A stretch of DNA of 64,000 nt from an uncultured delta proteobacterium (lineage in GTDB: Bacteria > Desulfobacterota > Binatia > UBA9968): the NCBI GenBank assembly GCA_963804165.1, contig CAWDPO010000017.1:32001-96000 (forward strand), given 5' to 3'. Below, in pieces: positions 49,951-61,086 of this stretch (position 1 is the stretch's first letter; each line of letters begins with the position of its first letter). The position numbers and the translations under genes are program-made. The notes beneath the pieces were generated by a model that saw nothing but the letters and a program-made list of their open reading frames with translations, made no database searches and was not told where the DNA came from.

Positions 49951-51396
49951 TCAACAGCAGGGGGGTTGTGAGCGGTAGTGCGCCGCGACCGCGTGCTCGA
50001 GTTCGCCGATCGCCGACACGAGGCCGGAATTTTGCTGCATGTCGGCGCGAAGCCGCGCCAGCATGTCGTCGCGCATCGCCGGATAGTCGATGCCGAGCAC
50101 CTGGCCGTCGCGCACGACGGAGCGGCCCGCGACGATCAGCTCGTGGATGTGGCGCATGGTGGTCCGCGAGAACAAAAGATCCTGCGGATCGAGATCGGCG
50201 CGGAGCCGCTCGTGGTCGACCGCATCCCAGTCGAGAACCAGGATGTCGGCCGGCATGCCGGGCGCGAGCGCGCCGCCGTCGTCCTTGTTGGTGACCGAAA
50301 GACGGCCATTTTGGAACGCCATGCGCAGCATCGATGGGCGATCCACGTCGGTGGTGAACGCCACGCCCTGATGCAGCAGATGCGCGAGCCGCATCTCGCG
50401 CAGCGCATCGTCGTCCTCGTCGAACGTCGAGCCGTCGAGGCCGAGCGCCACGCGGCAGCCGCGCTTCACCATCTCCTTCAGCGGGGCGACGCCCGAGCGC
50501 AGATGCAGATTCGAGCTGGTGTTGACCGAGATGGTCGCGCCGCGCGCGGCGATCAGCTCCAGCTCATCGGGTCGCGCCCAGGTGCAATGGGCGAGCGTCA
50601 GCCGCGGGCTGAGGAAGCCGATCCCGTCGAGGAATTTCAGGATGCCGCCCGGATAATTGGCGTCGAGCCAGGCCCGCTGCGTGCTGGTCTCCAGGAGGTG
50701 CATGTGAATCCGGCGGCCGGTGCGCTTCGACGCGTCCGCGATCGCTTCCAGAAGCTCATGCGTGCACCATTGCACCGCCTGCGGGCCATACTGCACGTCG
50801 AACATCGGATTGGCGGCCGCCCCGGCCACCGCATCGACCAGCGCGATCTGCTGCTCGACCGGCAGCGGCGGGCGCAGATAGCGCTTCTCGACCTCCGCGC
50901 GCGCCTGCGGCGAAAGCGCATCGAGGATCGGCTCGGACGGTCCGTACACCAGCGGGTTACGGTTGCGCATCGCGATCGCAAAGCCCACCCGCACGCCGAC
51001 GTCGCGCGCCGCGCGCGCGACCTCGGCCACCTCGGTCGGCAAATCAGTGAGACTCTGGACGCGCGTGTAGTGCACCATGACGGCCGCCGCGCCGCCAAGC
51101 GCGCTGCGCGACAACGACACCGCGCCCGCAAGATAAGGATCGACCGACGGCAGCAGCGCCAGATAAGCGATCCAGGTTTCCAGCGGCTTGCCCGCGCCGC
51201 CATAGGCCGAGGTCGACGTCACGCGCGCATGATCGTGAGCGTTGGTGAGCGCCGGCAGCGCCAGCAGGCGCCGGGCGGCGCCGGCCCTGGCCGGCTCGAC
51301 CGAGACGATGCGATCGCCGTCGATCCGGATAACGTGCGCGCCCGCGGCCGGCGCAGTGGCATCCGGCTGGATGTGGGAGCACGTCAATTCACGCAT
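49951..51396 (-). CDS. Amidohydrolase_1 family metal-dependent deaminase/chlorohydrolase-like protein
   Basis: PALTNAHDH, IHMHLLE, LAHCTW, ALGLDG and G.LAPGMPADI. Confidence 0.9.
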   Translation of the reverse strand: MRELTCSHIQPDATAPAAGAHVIRIDGDRIVSVEPARAGAARRLLALPALTNAHDHARVTSTSAYGGAGKPLETWIAYLALLPSVDPYLAGAVSLSRSALGGAAAVMVHYTRVQSLTDLPTEVAEVARAARDVGVRVGFAIAMRNRNPLVYGPSEPILDALSPQARAEVEKRYLRPPLPVEQQIALVDAVAGAAANPMFDVQYGPQAVQWCTHELLEAIADASKRTGRRIHMHLLETSTQRAWLDANYPGGILKFLDGIGFLSPRLTLAHCTWARPDELELIAARGATISVNTSSNLHLRSGVAPLKEMVKRGCRVALGLDGSTFDEDDDALREMRLAHLLHQGVAFTTDVDRPSMLRMAFQNGRLSVTNKDDGGALAPGMPADILVLDWDAVDHERLRADLDPQDLLFSRTTMRHIHELIVAGRSVVRDGQVLGIDYPAMRDDMLARLRADMQQNSGLVSAIGELEHAVAAHYRSQPPCC

Positions 51397-51455
51397 TGGC
51401 ACCGGCCCGGCAAGCGAAAACCCGCAACCCGATGATGCGGGCTCTCTCATTGCGG

Positions 51456-51725
51456 TCAATTGGACAGCACCGCCGGCATCCGATCGGCCTTGGCCGGCAG
51501 GAAGTCACGGCTGAACACGTCGGCGGCTTGGGCACGCGCGGCAGCTCGAACGACTCCGCGATGGTCGCTGCCGCCGCCGCCATCCGCTCGTCGCTCACGT
51601 CGCCGATGCCCAGCGAACGCGACTCGGGGGTGTCGATCAGCGTCTTGTAGACATAGAGCATGCGGCGCTTTTCGATGTCCTTCTTGATCAGCGCCTCCCT
51701 CTGCGCGAGAAGATCGATCGCGGCA
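51456..51725 (-). pseudogene. 3' fragment of an NMT1/THI5-like binding protein cut at the oriIS
   Basis: AAIDLLAQREALIKKDIEKRR...GIGDVSDERM...DVFSRDFLP (frameshift near 51525). Confidence 0.75.
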
Positions 51726-51727
51726 CT

Positions 51728-51847
51728 GTATAGGAAATTTAAACCACCTTTTTTTTCTGGCCTGAGCCATATCGCCGGACCGGCGAGTTGTCAATTTCTT
51801 TTCTGTCTGATGAAATTCGCAGTTTTGCTTCGGTCGGCTTGGGCGGC
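51728..51847 (-). mobile_element. 120-bp IS91/ISCR oriIS-only element
   Basis: Highly similar to 49433-49546; ends GGTGGTTTAAATTTCCTATAC. Confidence 0.85.
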
Positions 51848-52001
51848 AGGCCGAGTAAGGGGTCACAGGCCGAATAAGGGTCTTGGATATTGCTCTTTCT
51901 CGTGGTTTGCCGGATTGCGCCTTGCAAAAGGATTGAGGTTGAGTTGCTTGTGTATGATTTCTGGGCTTGAAGGCGCTGCTGCTGCACTAGAACTAGAACG
52001 C

Positions 52002-52030
52002 AAAACGCCGGGGATTTGCCCCGGCGTTTT
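52002..52030. terminator. Intrinsic terminator, potentially bidirectional
   Basis: aaaacgccgggg-atttg-ccccggcgtttt, a perfect 12-bp stem downstream of the gene ending at 52054. Confidence 0.8.
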
Positions 52031-52053
52031 CAATTGCGCGTAAGATTTGAAGG

Positions 52054-52605
52054 TTAGGCGGCACCGCGAAAGTTGGGGCGTTTCTCTACCACCATGGTAC
52101 CCGCCTCGCTGTTGTAGCGGCCGCGCGGGATGTTCTCTAGATTTGTCCCAGTGACGCGGATGAAACGCCCGCCGGCGGGGTAGGCGATGGAGTGGATGGC
52201 GCGGTTCTGAAAGATGCCGGCCTGGCCGCGCTCCATGCGGTAGGTGTTCGCCTTTTCTATTGTCGCTTTGCCGGGAACGGAGCCGTCATCCGTACGCTTC
52301 CACTCGCTCATTTCGGTATGCTTGACCGCCTGGCCGTAAATTGCCCAGGAATCACCATGATCGTGGGGTCCGCCGGCATATTCCCGGTCCATGATATGCG
52401 CCAGGATCTGGAAGCCTAGCTCCGGGTCCTCATAGAGTAGATTGGCGCCGACGCTGGCGCTCGGCCCGCAATTGGCGGCGACGAAATCGTCGTTCATCAG
52501 CAAGTCCTGCAATCTTTTTCGCACCGTTTCGCGCCCCGCCGGACCTTGGTCGGCCTTGAGGATGCGACGGCAGTCGGCGGCGAACTCATCGAGCGTGTAA
52601 GCCAT
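52054..52605 (-). CDS. Cysteine dioxygenase-like cupin protein
   Basis: LYEDPELGFQILAH, PHDHGDSWAIYGQ and AIHSI. Confidence 0.75.
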   Translation of the reverse strand: MAYTLDEFAADCRRILKADQGPAGRETVRKRLQDLLMNDDFVAANCGPSASVGANLLYEDPELGFQILAHIMDREYAGGPHDHGDSWAIYGQAVKHTEMSEWKRTDDGSVPGKATIEKANTYRMERGQAGIFQNRAIHSIAYPAGGRFIRVTGTNLENIPRGRYNSEAGTMVVEKRPNFRGAA

Positions 52606-52672
52606 GCTATTTCTCCTGACGTATCGGAAATTCAATCAACTTGTTTTCTGACGCGAGCTTTTCGTGATTTAC

Positions 52673-54192
52673 TTAGCCTTTGATTTTCATTTCCGAGGCA
52701 AGAATCTTACCGTCCGGTGAGCCCTTCCAGATCACGTTTCGCGTCACACCATAAAGTTCCGCGAGCGTATACAGCGGCGCGAACGGCACGTCTTCCATGA
52801 GAATGCGGCCCGCCTGATGCAGAATCGCGATGCGCTTCTTGTGATCGCCGGTGCGTTGTTCCTCGTCGATGAGCTTGTCGAATTCCGGATTGTTGTAGTT
52901 GATGCGCTTGGAACCGCCGGTGCGAAAGTATTGTTCGAAATAGACATCGGCGTCGCTGCCATTGCTGCCGGCGTAGTAGAACGGCAACTTGCCGCCGTTG
53001 ACGCCGTCCTTGCCCCAGTAGATGGCGTACTCTTGCGGCACCAGCTCGGCTTTGATGCCGACCTTGCCCAACTGATCGGCGATCACCTCGCAAACCTCCC
53101 TGCCTTTGAGGTGGCGGTCCGGCGCAAGATAGAGCTTGGTCTCAGTCCGTTCGGATAACCGGCTTTGGCCAGCAGCTCGCGCGCTTTTTTCGGGTCGTAA
53201 GGATAGCGCTTGATCTTGGGGTCGAAGCCCACCCAATTCGAGCCCAGCGGGCCGTTCACCACCGCGCCGTGGCCGTCGTAGATGTGCTTCAACATGACGT
53301 GGGGATCGAGGGCGTAGTTGATCGCCTGGCGCAGGAGCTTGTTGTCGAAAGGTTTCATCGTCACATTCATGCCGAGAAAATACATGCGAAAGCCGACTAC
53401 CTCCTGAAGCCGAACGCGCGGATGCTTGGCGATGCGGTCGACGTCTTCGATGGGCACATTGCTGATGAGATCGGCTTGCCCGGCCAACAGTCCCGCCACG
53501 CGCGCCGCTTCTTCCTTGACGCCTTTGATAATGACCTCGCGGATTGGCGGCTTGGCGCCCCAGTAATCGTCATTGCGCCGCAGCACCAGGTTGCCGCCGC
53601 GCTGCCAGCTCACGTATTTGTAGGGTCCCGTACCCGCCGTGGCGCTGTCCAAATCATCGCCGTATTCCTTCGAGAGAATAAACCGAGTCTCCAGCCTGGT
53701 GGGCAAAAGCGCATTGGGCGCCTTGGTCGTAAGAACAGCCGTGTAATCGTCGGGCGTTTCCACCTCGACGCCTTGCACGTAGGCGCCCTGCAGGCTGCGC
53801 TTGTCGTTCTGCAATTTGTCGATGGAGTAGGCGACGTCTTTCGAGGTAAACGGCGCGCCGTTATGAAAACGCACACCTTTGCGCAAATGAAAAATCCACT
53901 TGCGCCCCTGAAACTCCCACGACTGAGCGAGCACGCCGACATATTCATTGCGGGCATAATCCATCTGGATCAGCGGCTCGATGATGTGGCGCCAGATGCC
54001 CGTGATGCCGCCGCCGCTGTAACCGTAGGGATGGAGCGAGTCCAGACTGACGCCTTGATAAATGACAATGCGATCTTTAGTTACCGCCCACGCCTTTGGA
54101 GCCAAGGCAGGCGCGAAGAGGGTTCCCAATCCTAGAGCTGCGCTCTGTCGCAAGAATCGGCGCCGATCGATCGCTGTGCCATGTCTACGCAT
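52673..54192 (-). CDS. Tat-exported ABC peptide/nickel (family 5) substrate-binding protein; frameshift near 53140
   Basis: RRRFL Tat motif; LRKGVRFHNG; GTGPYK; YDPKKARELLAKAGYPNG; C-terminus in ORF 52673..53236. Confidence 0.85.
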
Positions 54193-54499
54193 TGAAGTTC
54201 TCCCGCGCTGAAATTGAGCCCGTTATATTCAGGCCGCGACGAACCTGTCAATGAAATTCCACTAGGTCTTAAGGATCGTGGATGCCTTGGAAAGCAGCGC
54301 TCGGCCCGCTGGGGTTCGATCGCTCAACAAGTTTTCGGATATCTATCAGACTCGGCTCGAATAGATGAATCGACCGATCTAGGTGCGCGTTGTGCACCGG
54401 GGCAGCCCACTCCGCTTCGGTAAAAAGCAAGTCCAGTGTAAAACTTTTACCTGTAGACTTTCTTCCTTTTGTTTCGCTCCCGCACACGCACTTTTGAAT

Positions 54500-55705
54500 T
54501 CAACTCCACAACTTCTTGCTCGCGATCGCCGCGCCGTCGCGCAGGGCGCGCAGCTTGGCCCAGGCGATTTGCGGATGGACGCGGCCGCCTAGGCCGCAGT
54601 CGGTGCCGGCGATGACGTTTTCCCGGCCGACGATTTCAGCGAACGTGATGATGCGATCGGCCACCAGTTCCGGGTGCTCGACGAGATCGGTGGAGTGGCT
54701 GACGACGCCGGGGATGAGGATTTTTCCGGCGGGGAGTTTCACGTCGCGCCAGACTTTGAATTCATGTTCGTGACGGACGTTGCCGGCTTCGACCAAGTAC
54801 GCCTGGGCGTTGACACGGAGCATGACGTCGACGATGTCGCGCAGCGGAAAATCGGTGGTGTGCGGACCATGCCAGCTGCCCCAGCAGATGTGATAGCGCA
54901 CGCGATCGACCGGGATGCCTTCGAGGGCGTGATTCAGAATTTCAACCCGCTGCGACGCGTAGCGCCGGTACTCCTCGACGCTTGGCTGGGGATCGAGCAT
55001 GTCCCAGGCGCCGGGAAGACCGGGGTCGTCGAGCTGGAGGATGAAGCCGGCGTCGACGATGGCGCGATACTCTTCGCGCATCGCATCGGCAATCGCTTCC
55101 AAGAATTTCTCGGTGGTCGCATAGTAACTGTTCTGATCGCGGCAGAACATCTCCAGGCTGCCGGGCGCGATGGCGCTGACGAAGGCCTCTTCGACGCCGG
55201 CGGCGTTGGCGGCGAGCTTCAAGTTGACGAGCTGGTCGCGCAGAAACTGTTGCGCGGTGTAAGCGATCGGGCCGGTGCAGGTCGGGCGCAGCGCGGCGGT
55301 GCTGGGCGCACCCAAGCCGGTGTCGGCGTAAAATTCGGCGAACTCGCGCTGCTCCCAGCGCACGCCGACGATGCGCATCGGCGCGCCGGGTTTAGCAGTA
55401 TCGGGTGCAATGGTCTGTGCCGAAGTCGGCGTGAAGCCGGAGACGCGGTCGAAGATGTAATTGCCCCAAGCGCCCCGGTCGGTGGACGCGCGCATGGGTT
55501 TGCCGAACTCGCCGTCGTTGGGAATATCGATGCCCATGTCTTTCTGCGTGCGCACGACTTCACCGATGGCCGAGCGCAGCCGCGTTTGCAGCGCCGCTTC
55601 GTCCTCCGCCGTGACGGTTTTTTTCGCCCACATGGCGCGCAAGTCCGCCGGCCGCGGCAGGCTGCCGACATGGGTGGTAAGAATGCGTTCAGTGCTTCGT
55701 TTCAT
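54500..55705 (-). CDS. Cobalamin-independent methionine synthase II (MetE-like, single barrel) family protein
   Basis: TTHVGSLPRP, DGEFGK, QLDDP, Zn ligands HICWG, and GTDCG. Confidence 0.9.
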   Translation of the reverse strand: MKRSTERILTTHVGSLPRPADLRAMWAKKTVTAEDEAALQTRLRSAIGEVVRTQKDMGIDIPNDGEFGKPMRASTDRGAWGNYIFDRVSGFTPTSAQTIAPDTAKPGAPMRIVGVRWEQREFAEFYADTGLGAPSTAALRPTCTGPIAYTAQQFLRDQLVNLKLAANAAGVEEAFVSAIAPGSLEMFCRDQNSYYATTEKFLEAIADAMREEYRAIVDAGFILQLDDPGLPGAWDMLDPQPSVEEYRRYASQRVEILNHALEGIPVDRVRYHICWGSWHGPHTTDFPLRDIVDVMLRVNAQAYLVEAGNVRHEHEFKVWRDVKLPAGKILIPGVVSHSTDLVEHPELVADRIITFAEIVGRENVIAGTDCGLGGRVHPQIAWAKLRALRDGAAIASKKLWS

Positions 55706-55904
55706 AACGAAGGCGGTTCCAATGGTTCCAGACGTTTCAATCGTTCCAATTGTAAGGCCGGGGAGGTCTCCAATATTACGAATAAGTGATTTCTCGAGCT
55801 GAAGCGAGCAGAGTTCCTGACGGTTGCCTCATCCTGAGGATTTGAGTGGGCGTTCTGAGATCAAATCTTGACTCAAGGACTTGGCCTCGTGAGCTTTCGA
55901 ATCT

Positions 55905-56997
55905 TCAGATTCCGTAGAATCGTCTGGGATTGTCGGAAAGAATTTTTCGTTTTACCTGTGGATCGAGGCCCTCCATCGCTTTGAACCGGGAAATCGCGTT
56001 GAGTTCGCTAGAGGTATCGCCATGGCCGTAGTCGGTACCGATAACCAGATTTTCCTCGCCCGCGTAAGAGATCACATAAGAAAAGTCGTCATCGGTCTGG
56101 GTTGAAACATAAATCCCGTAGTCGCGGAAGCAGTTCATCGAGACCGGGTGTTCGCTTCCCAAGGAGCGCCGCACGGCTTCGTGAACGACCCAGGGCACCC
56201 ACTGGCTCGATGTCTCGATGAAACCCCAACGCAGCTTCGCGAAGACGCGCGGTATCTCGCTCATGATCAGCGCGTAGCACGCGGTGACTGTCGGGACTCG
56301 AAATGTCGAGAAACCACCGCCGGCTTCGTTGTTCAGCAATTTGAACAGGTCGGGATTGCCGTTGGCAATGTGCACGGTCACCGGAATGTCGAGTCGCTGC
56401 GGCCTCGTCATAGATTGGATAATAAAATGGGTCCGTCATCAGCTTGCCCCTTTCGAAGGGGCGTACGCAGACGCCGACGGCGCCATGTTCCTTGGCGAAG
56501 CGAATTTGCGGCGCGGCTTCGCTCGGGGTCAATGCCGGAACGACGCAGGTCCAGCGCAAGCGGTTCTCGCCGAGTTTCCAGACATCCGCCAGCCAGCGGT
56601 TCCAGCTCCAACAGAGCGCGATCTCCACTTCGGGGTGGCGCGTGAGCGGCCGGAGCCAGAGCGAGTTGTAGAGCACTTGCACATCGATTCCCAACGCATC
56701 CATGTGTCTCAGCCGCTGGCTCACATCGCTAAGCTCCCGGGCTTGCACCGGAGTGGCCACTTCCCGGCCGAATCTTTTGACATGCTCTTCGGATTGCTTC
56801 TCGTTGGGCGAGGGAAACTTGGGGCCGAGATCCTCGCCGTCGAGAACCCAATGCTGGCGCTCGGGATTGTCCGGCTCGGCCACTAACGTAGGGCGATATT
56901 TTTCCTCGCTGGCCTCGAGATAATCCCATACTCGCTCGTTCTCTACCACGTGCGCGTCGGCGTCGATCACGTCCGTTTTTACATTCGGCGTTAACAT
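55905..56997 (-). CDS. Amidohydrolase_2 family protein; frameshift near 56405
   Basis: DADAHVVE and SWNRWL in the first frame; PVTVH and GTDYGH in the second. Confidence 0.85.
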
Positions 56998-57043
56998 GGG
57001 ATCTCCGTCGGCAAAAGCATTACCCAACATAGGCCGTTCGATC

Positions 57044-57687
57044 CTAGGCCGTCTTGGCAAACCCTTCATTCACTTCTTTCTCGTAGGCGAGCAGCTTCTT
57101 GACGCTCGGGCGCTCCTGCATGCGCTTGAAATGCGCCATGACGCTGGGGAAGCCTGAGATGTCCACCTCCAACTGGGTGGCGCGGCGGCAGCACCAAAAG
57201 AAATGCGCGTCCGGGGCGGTGAAATGGTCGAAGAAGTACTCACGCCCGACCAGCATATCGTCGCCGATCCGGAAGTTCTCGTACAGAGCTTCCGTGGCGA
57301 ACTTGATCACGCTGTCGGACGCGCCCGTTGCGTCGCAGACTTTGGGCGGGTTGTTGATCCGGCTCAGATACGGGTGAATGCCGCTGGCACACCAGCCGTG
57401 CAGCGAGATCGCTTGCAACTCGTCCCACGGATCGGCGGGCAGGATCTTCGCGTCTGGAAAGGTCCGATGGACCCATTGATGGATGGCGACGTTCTCGGTC
57501 AGGATCTTGCCGTCGACCACGAGCAAGGGACCTTGTGCTTCGGGTTGATCTTCAGATACTCGGGCGACAAATTCTGCCGCTTGCGGTAATTGAGCGGGCG
57601 GACCTCGAAGTCGGCGCCCGCCTCGGTCAAGGTGACATAGGGAGCGAGCGCGCAGGTGTTGGGGGCGTAATAAAGAACAATTTCCAT
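57044..57687 (-). CDS. Glutathione S-transferase; frameshift near 57530
   Basis: MEIVLYYAPNTCALAP...YLKINPKHKVP, then LTENVAI and FTAPDAH. Confidence 0.85.
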
Positions 57688-57824
57688 TCACGTCTCCTCA
57701 TTGGGTTGATTGATCAATTGCGAATCTAGTACCCGCGTGTGGTGAGTGCAACCCATCCAAGAGCGCAACGAAGCAGAGGTACGTTGCAACCAAGTTGAGG
57801 GAATTCTGCCAGCTTTAGATCTGA

Positions 57825-58253
57825 TCAAGCAAATATCCGCCAGTCACCGTTTACTTCCACACGACTTGATCACCGACGGCACGATCTCTAAGGGCAGATC
57901 TTTTTCCGCTTTCCAAAAACTATGCACGCCCGGCGCCGAAACGGGTGATGCCGCTTTTCGGCGCGGGTTTCATGGCGCGGAAGCCGGGCATGATCACTTC
58001 GGCGTAGACTTCCGGACTGTGGTCACGGCTGTCTTTGGAAATCTCGAAGAGAAACGGCGGCACAGGTTTTACGTTCGCGCCTGATAGTTCGCGGGTGTGG
58101 CCGATGAAGTGATTGACCAGCGCATCGGTTTCATCTTGGTTCATTTTGAATCTTGCCGCACTCACGCGCGCGCCCTCGGCAAGAGAATCGGTAATGTTGT
58201 GCGTGACGATATATGCGGCCTTTGAACTGCGTCCGGTTCTTTGCTTTCTCCCA
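57825..58253 (-). pseudogene. Frameshifted 3' third of a paralog of the gene at 59380..60745
   Basis: ITDSLAEGARVSAAR...PPFLFEISKDSRDHSPEVY aligns with 59385-59805 but carries indels. Confidence 0.85.
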
Positions 58254-58415
58254 CGGTTCGAAAACATGCGAAACCGTTGAAGTGGCCAGGTCTTCCAACG
58301 CGCGACCCCATCAATCCATCACGTAACCCTGCTGCCGTACAACTTCCCGCTTACTTCCGTATAGAGTCTGCTGAAACTCGGCACACCCGAAAACACTCGG
58401 ACCCTCTCTCGGGGG

Positions 58416-58446
58416 TTGACAAACGTGTCATCCTTTGTCCTATAAT
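58416..58446 (+). promoter_or_regulatory. Consensus sigma-70 promoter with a 19-bp spacer and a TGACA-N4-TGTCA dyad
   Basis: TTGACA at 58416-58421 and TATAAT at 58441-58446. Confidence 0.7.
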
Positions 58447-58483
58447 GACTTCGGTTTCATACTGACATTCCAGGGGGCGTACC

Positions 58484-58654
58484 ATGGTCAAAGACAAGGA
58501 ACTGACCGAGCTCCAATCAATCAATGCCAAGATGGCGAAACTCTCACGGAAGATTTTGAGCGACCCGTATGATTCGCACAGGACGGAACAGCTCAAAGAG
58601 CTCTCCGAGCTAAGAGAATCGGCCAGGCTACTACGCAACAATCGACTGCCCTGA
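58484..58654 (+). CDS. 56-aa helical small protein (not in the ORF track)
   Basis: MVKDKELTELQSINAKMAKLSRKILSDPYDSHRTEQLKELSELRESARLLRNNRLP*; preceded by AGGGGG and the promoter above. Confidence 0.5.
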   Translation: MVKDKELTELQSINAKMAKLSRKILSDPYDSHRTEQLKELSELRESARLLRNNRLP

Positions 58655-58701
58655 CCGGCAACAGGGAGTGATGCCGGTTCGGGGCAGTGAAGGAGGGGGC
58701 G

Positions 58702-59019
58702 TTACTCCCCTCCGAGCAGGAATTCAGTGACGTAGTGGTGTTGGAAATGTAGCTTCTGCTCCCGCACCTGACTTTTCCCCGTAGGGTCTTCATCGCACGG
58801 TCCATAGTAGTCGATGACATCTCCCGCCTGCGCACTTTTCAGTGCGGGATCGTTACTAGCCAAACTCTTACCTTCTATCGCCGGAAACTTTTCATGACAG
58901 TAACTGCCCGTGGAAAGTACGTCTTCGCTAATGACGCCGTCAGCGGCTAACGCTGTCACACCCACTGCGACGTTACCTAAAAAGATCAGAGCAGCTAATA
59001 GTGATTTTGTGTTTTTCAT
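58702..59019 (-). CDS. Small secreted two-cysteine protein
   Basis: RBS AAGGAGGT; signal peptide ...VTALA|AD; SYCHEKFPAI...DYYGPCDE. Confidence 0.75.
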   Translation of the reverse strand: MKNTKSLLAALIFLGNVAVGVTALAADGVISEDVLSTGSYCHEKFPAIEGKSLASNDPALKSAQAGDVIDYYGPCDEDPTGKSQVREQKLHFQHHYVTEFLLGGE

Positions 59020-59059
59020 TGGGTTCACCTCCTTTCGTGTTTGTTGAAAAACTTTATGC

Positions 59060-59074
59060 GCAAGCGATATGCCA
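59060..59074 (-). promoter_or_regulatory. Sigma-54 (-24/-12) promoter
   Basis: Minus strand TGGCATATCGCTTGC (GG-N10-GC), about 40 bp upstream of ATG 59019. Confidence 0.7.
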
Positions 59075-59379
59075 AGTAACTCTGATCTTGAGAAAGCGCT
59101 TATGGATCGCGGAAGTTCGGAAACTTATGGTGCCAGGGGAGGTGGAGCGCGGCTAGTGACAGGAAAAAAGGCGCCGAATGTTCGACAGATGTCGAATGAC
59201 AGGCGTTTACATCGAACCGAGAATGCGGTGGAGTGCGCCGGTTGCAGACCGCGAAATTGAGCAACCGGCGCTCAATGAGTTCGAAACTTATTCAAAATTA
59301 TTTTAGAGCTCAGGTCTTGCAATGACACTTAACGGACAACAGTCATGGCGCTAATGCGTGCTGCATGCGCTCGTCTGGG

Positions 59380-60745
59380 CTAAACAAAATAGCCGCCGGT
59401 TACCGCCTGATTCCACGACTTGATCACCGACGGTACTATACCCACGGACAAATCTTTTTCCGCTTTCCAGAAACTGTGCACGCCGGCGCCAAAGCGGGTG
59501 ATGGCGATCTTGGGCGCGGGCCTCATGGCGCGGAAGCCGGGCATGATCACTTCTTCGTAGACTTCCGGACTGTGGTCGCGGCTGTCTTTGGAAATCTCGA
59601 AGAGAAACGGCGGGACGGGTTTTACGTTCGCGCCTGACAGTTCGCGCGTGTAGCCGACGAAGCGGTTGACGAGCGCGTCTGTTTCGTCTTGATTCATTTT
59701 TAGCCTGGCAGCGCTGACCCGCGCGCCTTCGGCGAGCGAATCGGTGATGGCGTGTGTGACAATATATTCGGCCTTGAACTGGGGCCGGTTCTTGGCCTTT
59801 TCCCACGCTTCGAGAATGTCTTCCATGATCGCCGGCAGCCGCATCAGCGCCGCCGGTCCTTCCTGGCCGAGCGCTTCCGGTCCCTGGTAGCGCGCCAGGT
59901 CGCGCCAGGTGCGGATGTAGAGTTCGTTGAACGGGTCGGTGCGGCCCTTGCCTTGCTTTTCAACTTTCTCGTAGCCGCTGATCTTGCCCATATCGCCGCC
60001 CCACAAATCGCGACTGCCCGAGAGATAACCGAACGGTGAATGCTCGGTGGCGCAGACGCCGGCCATGTTGGGAATCCGTTGCGATAACATGCAGACAAAC
60101 GGCCCGCCGGTCGAGTGACCCTGGCCGTAGACGGAAAACTCCTTCTCGGGAAAATGGCGCCGACAGGCTTCGATCATGCCTTCTTCAAATGCCGCGGGCC
60201 AAGCCGCCATGCGATACCAGAAATTAGTATTCGGGCTTCGCGCGCGCGAGGGTGCGCGTGCCGTAACGATTGCGTTTCGAAGGATCTTTCACGATCTCGT
60301 ACTCAGCCGGCGCAATCACTTCGCCCTGTTTCCATATCGGCGTGCGCACGGTGCCGTCGCCGTGAATCGTATCATCGGGCCAATCGCGACTCGCATCGGG
60401 AAAATAAAATCTGCCCGGGAACGTTCCCGCGATCACGCGAAAGCCAAATTTACTGGCGAGCATTTTCGCGTGTCGCTCGATGCCCTTGAAGTCGCCGGAG
60501 CCGCCGTGCAGCAAGAAGAATCCGGCCTTCTTGCCGTCGGCGCCGATGGGGATTCGGCTCGCGTCTACGGGCTCGTGCACCACCATGCCGAGATCCCAGT
60601 CCATGCCCAAAACGTTGATGCGAAAAATATCCTCGGTGCTCTTTATCGGAACGTCGGCCATGCCGAGAACTTCCTCGGTGTCTTTGATGCATTGCTCGCG
60701 AGTCACAAACTCAGGGGGTTGCCAGTTAGAATTCAAATTGGCCAT
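59380..60745 (-). CDS. Uncharacterised alpha/beta-hydrolase-like protein; frameshift near 60230
   Basis: FFLLHGGSGD in the first frame and nucleophile elbow GHSTGG in the second; RBS AAGGAG. Confidence 0.65.
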
Positions 60746-60842
60746 TTTCATTCTCCTTAATACAGTTTCTTTTACTAACGCAGGTGAAGGCGTGTCAACC
60801 AGCGATAAAGTTACCAGCGGGGTGCCGAAAACGCCCAAGGAG

Positions 60843-60960
60843 TCCTTCGACAATGCTCAGGACGAACGAGGGGTTTGAAATCGTGGATGATTTTCCGTTC
60901 TGCTGAGCATGTCGAAGCATGAGGGTCTCGAAGCATTCCTAACGGTTTTTTCAGCATCCG
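60843..60960. repeat. REP-like palindromic pair
   Basis: ccttcgacaatgctcagg ... ctgagcatgtcgaagc; same family as 12401-12425. Confidence 0.65.
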
Positions 60961-61086
60961 GCTATTTCAAATTTCCGCTTTCCCGTTACCAGAAACTCGA
61001 AACTACAAACCCAAAAACTATTTCGTCGCGCACTGGACAAAGCTGAAAAACGGCTAGAAAATTTGCGTTGCAAGGAGGAGCTCTAG

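Noticed and set aside
49978-51435. 485-aa plus-strand ORF, and similar long antisense ORFs (1904..2869, 17720..18766, 21781..22818, 54674..55789, 62309..63166)
   Set aside because: Shadow frames opposite well-supported genes in high-GC DNA, with no recognisable motifs.
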